From Bacteroidia bacterium (lineage in GTDB: Bacteria > Bacteroidota > Bacteroidia > M30B66), in contig OZ257142.1 in the NCBI GenBank assembly GCA_965279035.1, positions 448,001 to 512,000 on the forward strand: DNA of 64,000 nucleotides, given 5' to 3'. A program made the position numbers and the translations under genes. Below are positions 48,184 through 58,300 of this stretch, piece after piece; position 1 is the stretch's first letter; each line of letters begins with the position of its first letter. A model generated the notes under the pieces. That model made no database searches and was not told where the DNA came from. It was given only the letters and a program-made list of their open reading frames with translations.

Positions 48184-48726
48184 TTATTCGATACCGTAAG
48201 AGGCAAGTAAAGCTTTGTATTCGGGTTGATTGCGGCGACGCAGGCTTTCGTTTTTCACGAGTTCCTGAATTTTCATGATGCCATCGATAATTTGTTCTGG
48301 ACGAGGAGGGCATCCAGGTACATATACATCAACCGGAATTACTCGGTCGATACCTTGAAGAACGCTATATGTATCGAAAATCCCACCACTTGAGGCACAT
48401 GCTCCAACTGAAATCACCCAACGTGGTTCAGCCATTTGCTCGTAAACGTGTTTAAGAACTGGGGCCATTTTTTTAGCAATGGTACCCATCACCATCAATA
48501 AATCGGCTTGGCGAGGAGAGAAACTCAATCGCTCTGAACCAAAACGAGCTAAATCGTAATTGGATGCCATAGTTGCCATGAACTCAATTCCACAACAAGA
48601 AGTTGCGAATGGCAAAGGCCAAATCGAATTAGCACGTGCAAGACCGATTACCGAATCCAGACTCGTAGCAAAGAAACCTTGTCCTTCTACACCTGCTGGT
48701 GCATCCACCATCTTCAAATCACTCAT
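48184..48726 (-). CDS. nuoB: NADH-quinone oxidoreductase subunit B
   Basis: SCCGIE, SPRQAD, GACA..GG and [13 protein letters not shown]. Confidence 0.97.
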   Translation of the reverse strand: MSDLKMVDAPAGVEGQGFFATSLDSVIGLARANSIWPLPFATSCCGIEFMATMASNYDLARFGSERLSFSPRQADLLMVMGTIAKKMAPVLKHVYEQMAEPRWVISVGACASSGGIFDTYSVLQGIDRVIPVDVYVPGCPPRPEQIIDGIMKIQELVKNESLRRRNQPEYKALLASYGIE

Positions 48727-48747
48727 ATCGCTTTGTGTATTGTTGGA

Positions 48748-49110
48748 TTATTCCCATTTGAATGCGTCTTTCTTCCACAGATAAAGAAATCCAAGTAGGA
48801 AGAAAGCAACAAAAATTAGCATGCTGATAAAGCCATCCAACCCAGAATCGCGGAAGTTGGTTGCCCATGGATAGAAAAAGATTACTTCCACATCGAACAA
48901 AACGAAAAGAATAGCGGTGAGGAAATACTTAATGGAGAAAGGTAAACGTGCGTTTCCTTTGGATTCAATTCCGCACTCAAAACTTTCGAGTTTGCGATCT
49001 CCTTTACGTTTTGGTCCAATTAAGTGGGTAATAACGAGCACCATTAGTACAAAGCCCGCAGCAAAAACCAATTGTATCAGTAGCGGGATGTATTCGCTTG
49101 TTCCGTTCAT
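48748..49110 (-). CDS. nuoA: NADH-quinone oxidoreductase subunit A
   Basis: FECG and AILFVLFDVEVIFFYPW. Start at ATG 49110. Confidence 0.95.
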   Translation of the reverse strand: MNGTSEYIPLLIQLVFAAGFVLMVLVITHLIGPKRKGDRKLESFECGIESKGNARLPFSIKYFLTAILFVLFDVEVIFFYPWATNFRDSGLDGFISMLIFVAFFLLGFLYLWKKDAFKWE

Positions 49111-49184
49111 GAGCGTTAGTTTTGGCGAATGATGTAACACAGTTTTCGTGAATGTGTTCAGCGATTCCACCCGAATTTTGCGCC

Positions 49185-49192
49185 CAAATGTA
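49185..49192 (-). promoter_or_regulatory. -7 promoter box (TACATTTG) for the nuo operon
   Basis: Matches TAnnTTTG upstream of nuoA. Confidence 0.55.
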
Positions 49193-49386
49193 CAAACATT
49201 TGTATTTCAAGAAAGCAGAAGTTTTTTATGAAATACATTGTTCTTTTAACAAAAGATTTAAACCCTGTATTTAATTTATTTCGGTGAATTTATAAATGAA
49301 CAGAGCACATTCAGAGGGATAAATGATTATCAAGACTCAGTAATTTAAATTAGATTTACTTCAGTTTCTAAAGAATATATGCTCCA

Positions 49387-49414
49387 ATGCAACGCATTAT
49401 TCAGTTTATGCGTC
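49387..49414 (+). promoter_or_regulatory. Putative ECF-sigma promoter (GCAACG-N16-CGTC)
   Basis: AAC/CGT elements of ECF type, 23 nt upstream of ATG 49438; same layout recurs at 52048-52075. Confidence 0.6.
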
Positions 49415-49437
49415 TAATAAACAGGAACATAGAACCC

Positions 49438-50136
49438 ATGAAAAATCCTTACTTCAAACTTACATCGTCGGTCTTTTTAGCCATAATAGTAACATTATTA
49501 GGTTCTTGTGGCAAAAAATTCAAAGAAACATCTCCTTTGAACGTGACAGTTAAAATGGTCAACACAGATGTTTCAGAACATTTTTCATTTGAATCAGGGG
49601 AAATGTATTTGGGCACATTTGGAATGAATGGAGATCGCAAGCAAGGTGATGATGTGCTTTTTTCAAATGTTCTTTCCGATGGAACAACAGCTGATTTAAA
49701 AACAGGTGTAATTTCTCCGGTATTAACGTATGATTTACCACAAGGAACCTACACGACACTTTCTATTAATTTGGGAAGCAAACCGAAACAGTCACTGGGT
49801 GCAATTCGGCTTATAGGGAAATACATTCAAATAGAACAAGGAGGTGAGCAGGAAACTCATCAGATTGTTTTTCAATATTCTCCAGCAACTATGTATTCAT
49901 TAAATGCTATTACTTCGGGAGAGATTAATATTTTATCAGACAAATCAACCACAGTCAAAATAGAGATGGACGCCCATTACCTTTTCTCGGCAGTTCCTGA
50001 AAATCTGTGGCATACAGCTCAGCATATTGAATTGGATGGGAAAGAGACAATCTTTATCACCGATATAAATAACACAAGCATTTACAATCTTCTTATAACG
50101 CGTTTAAATGCAGCATTCTCGGTACACATTGAGTAA
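49438..50136 (+). CDS. Hypothetical lipoprotein, first gene of the ECF locus
   Basis: MKNPYFK...LLGSC lipobox, beta-rich body, LPQGTYT motif. Confidence 0.7.
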   Translation: MKNPYFKLTSSVFLAIIVTLLGSCGKKFKETSPLNVTVKMVNTDVSEHFSFESGEMYLGTFGMNGDRKQGDDVLFSNVLSDGTTADLKTGVISPVLTYDLPQGTYTTLSINLGSKPKQSLGAIRLIGKYIQIEQGGEQETHQIVFQYSPATMYSLNAITSGEINILSDKSTTVKIEMDAHYLFSAVPENLWHTAQHIELDGKETIFITDINNTSIYNLLITRLNAAFSVHIE

Positions 50137-50142
50137 TTGAAC

Positions 50143-50730
50143 ATGGCAGATGAAGCCACAGAGAAGCAATTAATCGAAGGATGTGTTCGTGAAGAACGCC
50201 GCTTTCAGGAATTGCTATATCAACGCTTCTCGCCAAAAATGTATTCCGTATGTAAAGGTTATGCTGTAAGGAATAATGAAGCAGCCGACTTATTACAAGA
50301 AGCCTTCATAAAGATTTTTAAAAACATCGGGGAGTTCCGGTTTGATTGTCCTCTTGAAGGTTGGATTCGACGAGTTGTGGTCAATACAGCGATAGATCAT
50401 TACCGAAAAGATGTTCGACAATTGCCTTCGGTTTCGCTTGATGATACTGCCGAAACAGCTGATGAAACGGAGTTTTCACATCCAACGGATCATCAATATT
50501 TTTTAAAAATGATTTCGGCTTTACCTGATGGATATCGATTGGTATTTAATCTTTATGTGATTGAAGGATTGAATCATCGGGAAATAGCAGAAAAAATAGG
50601 CATTAGCGAAGGCACATCAAAGTCGCAACTAGCTCGCGCTAAAAAATACCTGCAGCAACGATTAAAGCAGGAAATGAATTTACAAGTTAATCCTCAAAGC
50701 AATGAAGGAAGATATTTTCAATTGGTATAA
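50143..50730 (+). CDS. ECF-type RNA polymerase sigma factor
   Basis: A.DLLQEAFIKIF, WIRRVVVNTAID, LPDGYRLVFNLY.IEG..HREIA and GTSKSQL.RAK. Confidence 0.93.
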   Translation: MADEATEKQLIEGCVREERRFQELLYQRFSPKMYSVCKGYAVRNNEAADLLQEAFIKIFKNIGEFRFDCPLEGWIRRVVVNTAIDHYRKDVRQLPSVSLDDTAETADETEFSHPTDHQYFLKMISALPDGYRLVFNLYVIEGLNHREIAEKIGISEGTSKSQLARAKKYLQQRLKQEMNLQVNPQSNEGRYFQLV

Positions 50731-52030
50731 AAAGGGATTTGAATCCCTCCCACAAGAAACTCCTCCACCCATGATATGGGAAAACGTGGAGGCAGCTCTC
50801 GATGGAAAACCGAATCGGAGAAAACCATTGGGAATCTGGTGGTGGACAAGTGGTCTGTTTATTTTGCTCGTTTCAGCCGGCATCCTAATTTCGAAAATGA
50901 ATAGTGGTTCCAATGAAAACACAGCGAATGTGAACAGCTCGAATGTTGGGAAATCTGCTAAAAATGAATCAGTTGCATTATACAATAAATCGTTAATCAC
51001 TACTGATTTGAATTCTAATTCCTCAATTACGGAAATAGAAAAGGCAGAAGTGAAAAGCAATACAGCAGAATCAAACGAAATTTCTGTTCAAGAAACAGTT
51101 CAGCCTAAATCAGGTTTGTATGTAATACCAGTGGTTATAGAGGAAGAAATCGCACAGATTAATTCTACTATTGAAATGCCCAAAGAAGCGAATAAATTGA
51201 ATAATGTAAATCAATCTGAAATTAAACAACCACTATTAGTTGAAATTCCTGAAGAAGAATTGGTGGAAGCTCCATCTCAATCAAATGATATCTTGAGTTC
51301 TTTGAGTGCGATAGAAATTACGAATCAACCAATTCCTTTAGTTCTAAATTCAAAAGAAGAAAATTTTCCAGCGTTTGTAATGCCTTCTGAAGGTTCAAAC
51401 GGACCACGTTGGAGTTTTGGTATTGCTTCGGAAGTGAATAATAATTGGCTGTTTAATCATGATTTTGTGGATGCGTTGAGGAAAGAGTCAAATAACTCAA
51501 TCATGCCTCATTTTAGTTCTACTTGGTCATTTTCTGCTGCAAAGGAATTCCTTCCAGGACAAAGCATTCGAACCGAATTCATTGTTTCTAAAAGAGAAGG
51601 ACAGCACTATTTAATATATTCAGAGGGAATGCTTCAACAAAAAACCATTCATTTAAATTATTCTGGAGCTACAATTCTGTATGATCATGCTAAACTCAAT
51701 AGCCGCATATTCCTCGGAATTCCTTTGAGAACTCATTGGTTGGTTGGAACTTCCGTTTGTTATTTATCCGAAAGCACTTTTGCCTTTGGAGGACAAGTTA
51801 CTAATCCACTTGGGTACCGTAAAATGAATGTTTCTTTGGTTGGTGGATTTGAAAAGGAAATGCTGTTTTCTAAACATCTTTCATTTGGAACCGGCCTTCG
51901 TTTATATGGTGGGTTAACTAATATTTTCAAGGGATATGAGAATATTCCATCTTGGTTTAACCGAACTCATACTGGAAATATTGCTTGGACATTCTCACTT
52001 CGATATACGATTGGTATCCCAAAGCATTAA
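50702..52030 (+). CDS. Putative anti-sigma factor with TM helix, long linker and C-terminal outer-membrane beta-barrel-like domain
   Basis: Overlaps the sigma gene. N-terminal PPPMIWENV, one TM helix, S/N/E-rich linker, then alternating amphipathic strands ending WTFSLRYTI. Confidence 0.65.
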   Translation: MKEDIFNWYKKGFESLPQETPPPMIWENVEAALDGKPNRRKPLGIWWWTSGLFILLVSAGILISKMNSGSNENTANVNSSNVGKSAKNESVALYNKSLITTDLNSNSSITEIEKAEVKSNTAESNEISVQETVQPKSGLYVIPVVIEEEIAQINSTIEMPKEANKLNNVNQSEIKQPLLVEIPEEELVEAPSQSNDILSSLSAIEITNQPIPLVLNSKEENFPAFVMPSEGSNGPRWSFGIASEVNNNWLFNHDFVDALRKESNNSIMPHFSSTWSFSAAKEFLPGQSIRTEFIVSKREGQHYLIYSEGMLQQKTIHLNYSGATILYDHAKLNSRIFLGIPLRTHWLVGTSVCYLSESTFAFGGQVTNPLGYRKMNVSLVGGFEKEMLFSKHLSFGTGLRLYGGLTNIFKGYENIPSWFNRTHTGNIAWTFSLRYTIGIPKH

Positions 52031-52047
52031 AGAAAAATTAAAAGTTC

Positions 52048-52075
52048 ATGCAACCCTCATTTTAGTTTGATCGTC
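52048..52075 (+). promoter_or_regulatory. Putative ECF-sigma promoter (GCAACC-N16-CGTC)
   Basis: Same ATGCAAC...CGTC spacing as 49387-49414. Confidence 0.55.
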
Positions 52076-52213
52076 CTTTTTAAGAGAGGACTTTGGTCAG
52101 GAATCTCTTTTCAAACCATCTCATTTTTTCAACCAAAAACCGGCTGCCTTTGCAACAAAAGACAGTCGGTTTTATTTTTACCAATAGCCCAAGAACGTTC
52201 GTAGTTTTGTGTG

Positions 52214-54076
52214 ATGATAACACACAGAATTTTGCTACGATTGGTTTTAGGATTCGTACTTCTCTTTCCTCAGGTTTCTAGTTCCCAAGCTAATTGGTGG
52301 AAAGATGCTGTATTCTATGAAGTGTTCGTTCGAAGTTTTTACGATAGCAACGGAGATGGTAAAGGCGACTTAAATGGTATCATTGAAAAGATGGACTATT
52401 TAAATGATGGAAACCCATCTACCAAAACAGATCTTGGAGTAAATGCCCTTTGGCTTATGCCAATCATGCCTTCGCCCAGCTATCATGGATATGATGTAAC
52501 TGATTATTACGGTGTTGAAAGTGATTACGGAACAAAGCAAGCCTTTAAAAACCTTATTGATAGTGCTCATGCCCATGGTATTAAGGTGATTATTGATTTG
52601 GTTTTGAACCATTCTTCTAGTTCGCATCCTTGGTTTCAATCAGCTTTGGGTTCTGTAAATAGTCCCTATCGTGATTATTATATTTGGGAAGATAGCAATC
52701 CGGGATTTCTGGGTCCTTGGGGACAAACGGTATGGTATCAACGAAATGGAAAGTGGAATTACGCTTTGTTCTGGAATGAAATGCCCGATTTGAATTACCG
52801 GAATGAAGGCGTTCAAGATGAAATGAAATCCGTTGCTCGTTATTGGGTTGATAGTATGCGGGTTGATGGATTTAGGCTCGATGCTATACAATATTTGGTT
52901 GAAGACGGAACTCAACTTTTGGGAACACCAGAAACCTTTGCCTATATTGAAGATTGGAGCGCAAACTTTAAGTCTGTTAATCCCGAAATTATGACCGTTG
53001 GAGAAGTTTGGTCGCCTACGGCAGTTGGTATTCAGTATGTGCAAAATGGCAGATTGGATATGTGTTTTGAATTTGATCTTGCTGAATCCATCATTAGTAG
53101 CATCGTTGCTGATAGTCCAGATGATTTTCAAAATATGATGAATACGGTGAACAGCTCATTTCCGGAAAGTCGCTACGGTACGTTTTTAACCAATCACGAT
53201 ATCAATCGTTCGTTCGATCAAATAGGCCAGAATACAGCTAAAGCAAAACTGGCTGCTGCTGTTTATCTTACATTACCAGGAACTCCGTTTATATATTATG
53301 GTGAAGAAATCGGGATGAGTGGAACAGGTAATGACGAAACCAAACGCAGGCCAATGCAATGGAGTAATCAAGGAAATGCTGGGTTTACGTGGGGCACACC
53401 TTGGGAATCTTTAGCTAGTAATTATACTGTAGTAAATGCTGCAGCTCAACAACAAGATTCGAGTTCACTTTGGCAAACGTATCGGACATTTATTGAGCTT
53501 CGGAAAGGTCAAACCGCTTTGCGAAAAGGAGCTTATAAAGTAATGGCTGATGTAAATCCTGAAGTTATTGGATATGCTCGTTATACAAATGATGAGTTGC
53601 TATTGGTTCTTCATAATTTCACGAGCACTAGTGTTTCTAATCTAGCATTTGCATTAGGAACAACCAATTTAGCAGAAGGGAATTATACCGTATTGGATCT
53701 TTTAAACCCCGATGATTTAATAGCCCCAATTAGTTTAGGTGCAACTGGGAATGTGGTTAATTATATGCCTGGAGTTGAAATACCTGCGTATGGAACACGC
53801 GTATTATCAGTTCAAATTTCCCCAGGATTCTCAACACTTGAAGTTTCGAACAATGTTCAAGTATTTCCAAACCCAGCTCAAGATAAAATAAACTTCAATT
53901 TTCCTTCTTCAGTAAAGTTAAAGTCTAGTCGGATATTTAATGAGAATGGGCAAGAATTAATGAAATCGAATACAGAGAACACACTCGATATTTCTAAACT
54001 TTCTTCTGGGATTTATCAAATAGAACTCAGGTTTGAGTCAGGAAAAAGAGTTCTTCGTTCTTTTATTAAGGAATGA
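52214..54076 (+). CDS. GH13 alpha-amylase family glycoside hydrolase with T9SS type A sorting domain
   Basis: FYEVFVRSF.DS.GDG.GD, YHGYDVTDY, DLVLNH; catalytic GFRLDA / GEVW / FLTNHD; C-terminal VFPNPAQ...LSSGIY. Confidence 0.92.
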   Translation: MITHRILLRLVLGFVLLFPQVSSSQANWWKDAVFYEVFVRSFYDSNGDGKGDLNGIIEKMDYLNDGNPSTKTDLGVNALWLMPIMPSPSYHGYDVTDYYGVESDYGTKQAFKNLIDSAHAHGIKVIIDLVLNHSSSSHPWFQSALGSVNSPYRDYYIWEDSNPGFLGPWGQTVWYQRNGKWNYALFWNEMPDLNYRNEGVQDEMKSVARYWVDSMRVDGFRLDAIQYLVEDGTQLLGTPETFAYIEDWSANFKSVNPEIMTVGEVWSPTAVGIQYVQNGRLDMCFEFDLAESIISSIVADSPDDFQNMMNTVNSSFPESRYGTFLTNHDINRSFDQIGQNTAKAKLAAAVYLTLPGTPFIYYGEEIGMSGTGNDETKRRPMQWSNQGNAGFTWGTPWESLASNYTVVNAAAQQQDSSSLWQTYRTFIELRKGQTALRKGAYKVMADVNPEVIGYARYTNDELLLVLHNFTSTSVSNLAFALGTTNLAEGNYTVLDLLNPDDLIAPISLGATGNVVNYMPGVEIPAYGTRVLSVQISPGFSTLEVSNNVQVFPNPAQDKINFNFPSSVKLKSSRIFNENGQELMKSNTENTLDISKLSSGIYQIELRFESGKRVLRSFIKE

Positions 54077-54129
54077 AATAAGGAGTTGAATTAATTTATT
54101 TGAAAAGCATTTCGAACATTACGTTCAAT

Positions 54130-54170
54130 AAAAAAGCGGGCTGTTCAATAAGAACAGCCCGCTTTTATTT
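54130..54170. terminator. Bidirectional Rho-independent terminator
   Basis: aaaagcgggctgttc/gaacagcccgctttt perfect stem between convergent genes. Confidence 0.85.
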
Positions 54171-54183
54171 CTTCAATCGATGA

Positions 54184-55062
54184 TTACTTATCTATTGTAA
54201 TCACTAAGTATTTAGAAGATCTCCAAAAAGTTTCAGAATTGGTGATTGTTAAACTTTTCACCATTTTCTTACCATCCATTTCCAATTTGTATGAACTCGT
54301 TGGGTGATTGGTAACAAGTTTTGCATTCTTTCCTCCAACATTAATGGACTTAACTTTAGAGATGTCCACTTGAGTAAAATAATCTTGATTGAAATCTGAT
54401 TTCAACAATTTCTTTTTACCCAAACCTAGGAAACCACCTTCTTTGTTTAACACTTTATTGTCGCGCAACTCTTTGTATGTCCCTACAGTGTAATAAGCTG
54501 TATTGATTTTAGTTGTTTGTTGCTCGATCGTTTGAGTTTTGCTAGCACTTTCTGTTTGAAGTCCAGTAATAGCTGTGTTCATCTCATTAATTTGGATGTT
54601 CATAGCTGCCAATTGCTCTTTCAAGGTTCCAATTTCCTTGTCTTTCTCAGCTAATTGCTCTGTCATTCGAGTAATCATTTTCTCAAACTCAGCAATTTTG
54701 AGGTTCGACTTTTTCAAACGCGATTGAAGGGAAGCAATTTTACTTTTGTTCTCTTCCATCAATTCATTGATAAAATTGATGTCTTCGTTGATTCTGTCTT
54801 TTGCAGATCCTTGAAGTTCAGCACCTCCTTCGGTTGCAGAAGATTTAATCGCACCTTGCTTTTGTTTCACTTGAGAAAGATTGTCTTCAATCTCATTGAG
54901 TGATTCCATAAAGGAATTGATCGTAGAATCTTTGGTAGCAGCTTCTTTTGCTAAGGCAGCTTTTTCGGCTTTTAAAGCTTCCATTTCGGGATTTGGCTCA
55001 TCACCTCCCTTGCAACCAGCAAGAGCGAGCACTACAGCGGCTGCATACAGAAAACGTTTCAT
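54184..55062 (-). CDS. Coiled-coil lipoprotein (resembles the Bacteroides Cbp1-like family)
   Basis: LAGC lipobox, long heptad region, C-terminal NTAYY..GT..EL...FT.VDI...T.HP.SSY...FW..SKYLVI. Confidence 0.7.
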   Translation of the reverse strand: MKRFLYAAAVVLALAGCKGGDEPNPEMEALKAEKAALAKEAATKDSTINSFMESLNEIEDNLSQVKQKQGAIKSSATEGGAELQGSAKDRINEDINFINELMEENKSKIASLQSRLKKSNLKIAEFEKMITRMTEQLAEKDKEIGTLKEQLAAMNIQINEMNTAITGLQTESASKTQTIEQQTTKINTAYYTVGTYKELRDNKVLNKEGGFLGLGKKKLLKSDFNQDYFTQVDISKVKSINVGGKNAKLVTNHPTSSYKLEMDGKKMVKSLTITNSETFWRSSKYLVITIDK

Positions 55063-55326
55063 AGAATTTTAGGGTTTTGATATAATTCGTGGACAAAGGT
55101 AGATGCTTAAAACCGCCTGAACGGCCAATAAATGGTACAACCTTACAGAAAGAATACACGGTTATAAAGCCTATCGTTCCTGAGAATTGTTGATAACAAA
55201 CGCATTCCTATGAATTCTAATTGTCCCGATGTAAGGAATGAAAACAGTTTATCCATCCGTTGAAATTATCGTCCAATTCCAAACATTCACCCCTTGAATC
55301 AGCGTTAGCCGAACGCCCCATTTTTC

Positions 55327-55334
55327 TATCTTTG
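55327..55334 (+). promoter_or_regulatory. -7 promoter box (TATCTTTG) for ileS
   Basis: Matches TAnnTTTG, 28 nt upstream of the ATG. Confidence 0.6.
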
Positions 55335-55362
55335 CGCCCCTAATCCGCATAGGATCTCGCAT

Positions 55363-58300
55363 ATGCATTACCCAGAACAAAAAAACTTAAACCTGCCCGC
55401 CATTGCTGATGAAGTATTGGATTGGTGGGAACTACATAAGGTCTTCGAATCTTCCGTTTCTACGCGCGAAGGAAAGCCGTCATTCACTTTTTACGAAGGT
55501 CCTCCATCGGCCAACGGACTTCCCGGCATTCACCACGTAATGGCGAGAACCATCAAGGATCTATTTTGTCGATATAAAACGCTCCAAGGTTTTCAAGTAA
55601 AACGAAAAGCAGGTTGGGACACTCATGGTTTGCCAGTTGAGTTAGGTGTTGAAAAAGCACTCGGAATTACCAAAGAAGATATTGGCAAAAGCATCAGTAT
55701 CGAAGAGTATAATATAGCCTGCCGCGAAGATGTGATGAAGTTTACCGGCGTTTGGAATGACCTCACCCGTCGCATGGGCTATTGGGTAGATATGGATAAT
55801 CCATACATCACCTACGAAAACAAATACATCGAAAGTGTTTGGTGGTTACTTGGTCAATTGCACGAAAAAGGACTTCTTTATAAAGGATTTACAATACAAC
55901 CTTATTCTCCCGCTGCAGGCACAGGACTTAGTTCGCACGAACTGAACATGCCAGGAACATACAAAGACGTAAAAGACACTACCATTGTCGCGCAGTTTAA
56001 GGTGAAAGCCGATGATAAAGTGAAAGCACTTTTCGCCGGAATCAATCTCGAAAACCTAAGCTTCATGGCTTGGACGACAACACCTTGGACGCTTCCTTCA
56101 AATACTGCTTTAAGTGTTGGAAAGAACATTCGATATGTTGCTGTAAGTACCTTCAATCCCTATGTTCACACACCATGCACTGTAATTCTTGCAAAAGATT
56201 TATTAGGTCGATTCTTTCTCGAGAAAAATGCTGAATTGGAATTGTCGTCTTATAAAGCAGGCGACAAAGCAATTCCATTCACCATTGTTGGAGAATATAG
56301 CGGTGCAGAATTAGTAGGCATTCGATATGAACAACTTCTTCCCTATGCGCAACCAACCGATGGCGATGCTTTCAAGGTAATTACCGGAGATTTTGTGACT
56401 ACTGAAGATGGAACTGGAATCGTACACACCGCACCTAGCTTTGGTGCAGACGATTTTAAAGTGGCTCGTCAACACGGAATTGGCTCATTGACATTGGTCG
56501 ATTTACAAGGTCGTTTTGTGCCGGAAGTGAATGATACTGTTTTTGGTTTTGCACATGAATACGTGAAAGAGCAATACCTCAATGAGGATGAAAAGGCCGC
56601 AGAGCTTGCGCTTCAGCAAGAACATCTGAAACATATCATTCCTCACTTGGAAAAATACATGAGTGTGGATGAACGCATCGCCCTCAAATTAAAGATTGAA
56701 GGGAAAGCGTTCAAGATTGAAAAATACGATCACACTTATCCTCATTGCTGGAGAACCGATAAGCCTATTTTGTATTATCCATTGGATAGTTGGTTTATCA
56801 AATCAACAGCTGTAAAAGATCGCTTGATTGAACTCAACAAAACCATCCACTGGAAACCAGAAAGTACCGGAACTGGACGTTTTGGAAACTGGCTAGAGAA
56901 CTTGCAAGATTGGAACTTAAGCCGCAGCCGTTATTGGGGAATTCCAATTCCCATTTGGACGAGCGAGGATCGTTCTGAGCAAATCATTATTTCTTCGGCT
57001 GAACAACTTCGTTCAGAAATTGAAAAAGCAATTGCAGCGGGAATCATGAGCCAGAATCCGCTTGGAGCATTTGTTCCAGGCGATATGAGTGAAGAAAACT
57101 ACCGCAGTTTCGATCTGCATCGTCCGTATGCTGATGACATATTCCTTGTTTCGGCAAGTGGGAAGAAGATGAAACGCGAAAGCGATTTGATTGATGTATG
57201 GTTTGATTCAGGCGCAATGCCTTATGCGCAGTGGCATTATCCGTTTGAGAATAAAGACTTAGTCGATAGTGGAAAAGCCTTCCCTGCGGATTTCATTGCC
57301 GAAGGTGTAGACCAAACGCGTGGTTGGTTTTTTACGCTACATGCGATTGGAACGATGGTATTCGACTCGGTTGCGTTTAAAAACGTGGTGTCGAACGGAT
57401 TGGTGCTCGATAAGAATGGCAATAAAATGTCGAAACGTTTGGGGAATGGAGTTGATCCGTTTGAAACGCTCAGTCAATATGGTCCTGATGCCACACGTTG
57501 GTACATGATCGGAAATGCTCAGCCTTGGGATAATTTGAAGTTTAATGTGGATGGTATTTCAGAAGTTCAACGGAAATTTTTCGGAACGCTCTATAATACC
57601 TATGCATTCTTTGCGCTTTACGCCAATATCGACAAGTTTAACATGGACTTTTCGAATCAAATTCCGGTTCAAGATCGACCTGAAATTGATCGTTGGATTT
57701 TATCGCGATTAAATAGCTTGAAGAAAGAAGTAGCTGAAAAGTTAGATGACTACGATCCGACTCCTGCCGTTAGAGCCATTGAGGAATTTGTTAGTGAGCA
57801 ATTAAGTAATTGGTATGTCCGTTTAGGCCGTCGTCGTTTTTGGCGGAGTGAAAGTGATTCCGATAAACAAGCAGCCTACGAAACTTTGTATGAATGTTTG
57901 CTTGTTGTTTCGCAGTTGATGAGTCCGGTAGCTCCTTTCTTTGGCGAATGGTTATTCCGGAATCTACATGCAGCTAGCGATTCGGGAAAAATAAATTCGG
58001 TTCATTTGAGCGAATGGCCTATCGTGAATGAATCGTTGATTGATTCTGATTTAGAAGAACGAATGGAGCTTGCACAACGCTATACCTCAATGATATTGGG
58101 ATTGCGAAAAAAAGTAAACATACGAGTTCGTCAACCTTTGCAAAAAATCATGGTCCCCGTGATTGATCCGCATATTAAAACCCAGTTGAATGCCGTTAAA
58201 GATCTCATCCTTTCTGAAACCAACGTCAAAGAATTGGAGTATGTAGGAGATGATACGGGTGTGATTGAAAAGAAAATCAAACCCGATTTTAAAGCATTAG

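Noticed and set aside
49193-49386. Very AT-rich stretch between nuoA and the ECF locus
   Set aside because: No repeat or ORF seen; consistent with an ordinary divergent promoter region.
55063-55362. Possible replication origin (TGTTGATAA at 55188, TTATCCATC at 55249)
   Set aside because: Only two mismatched DnaA-box-like sites; the region is explained by divergent promoters.
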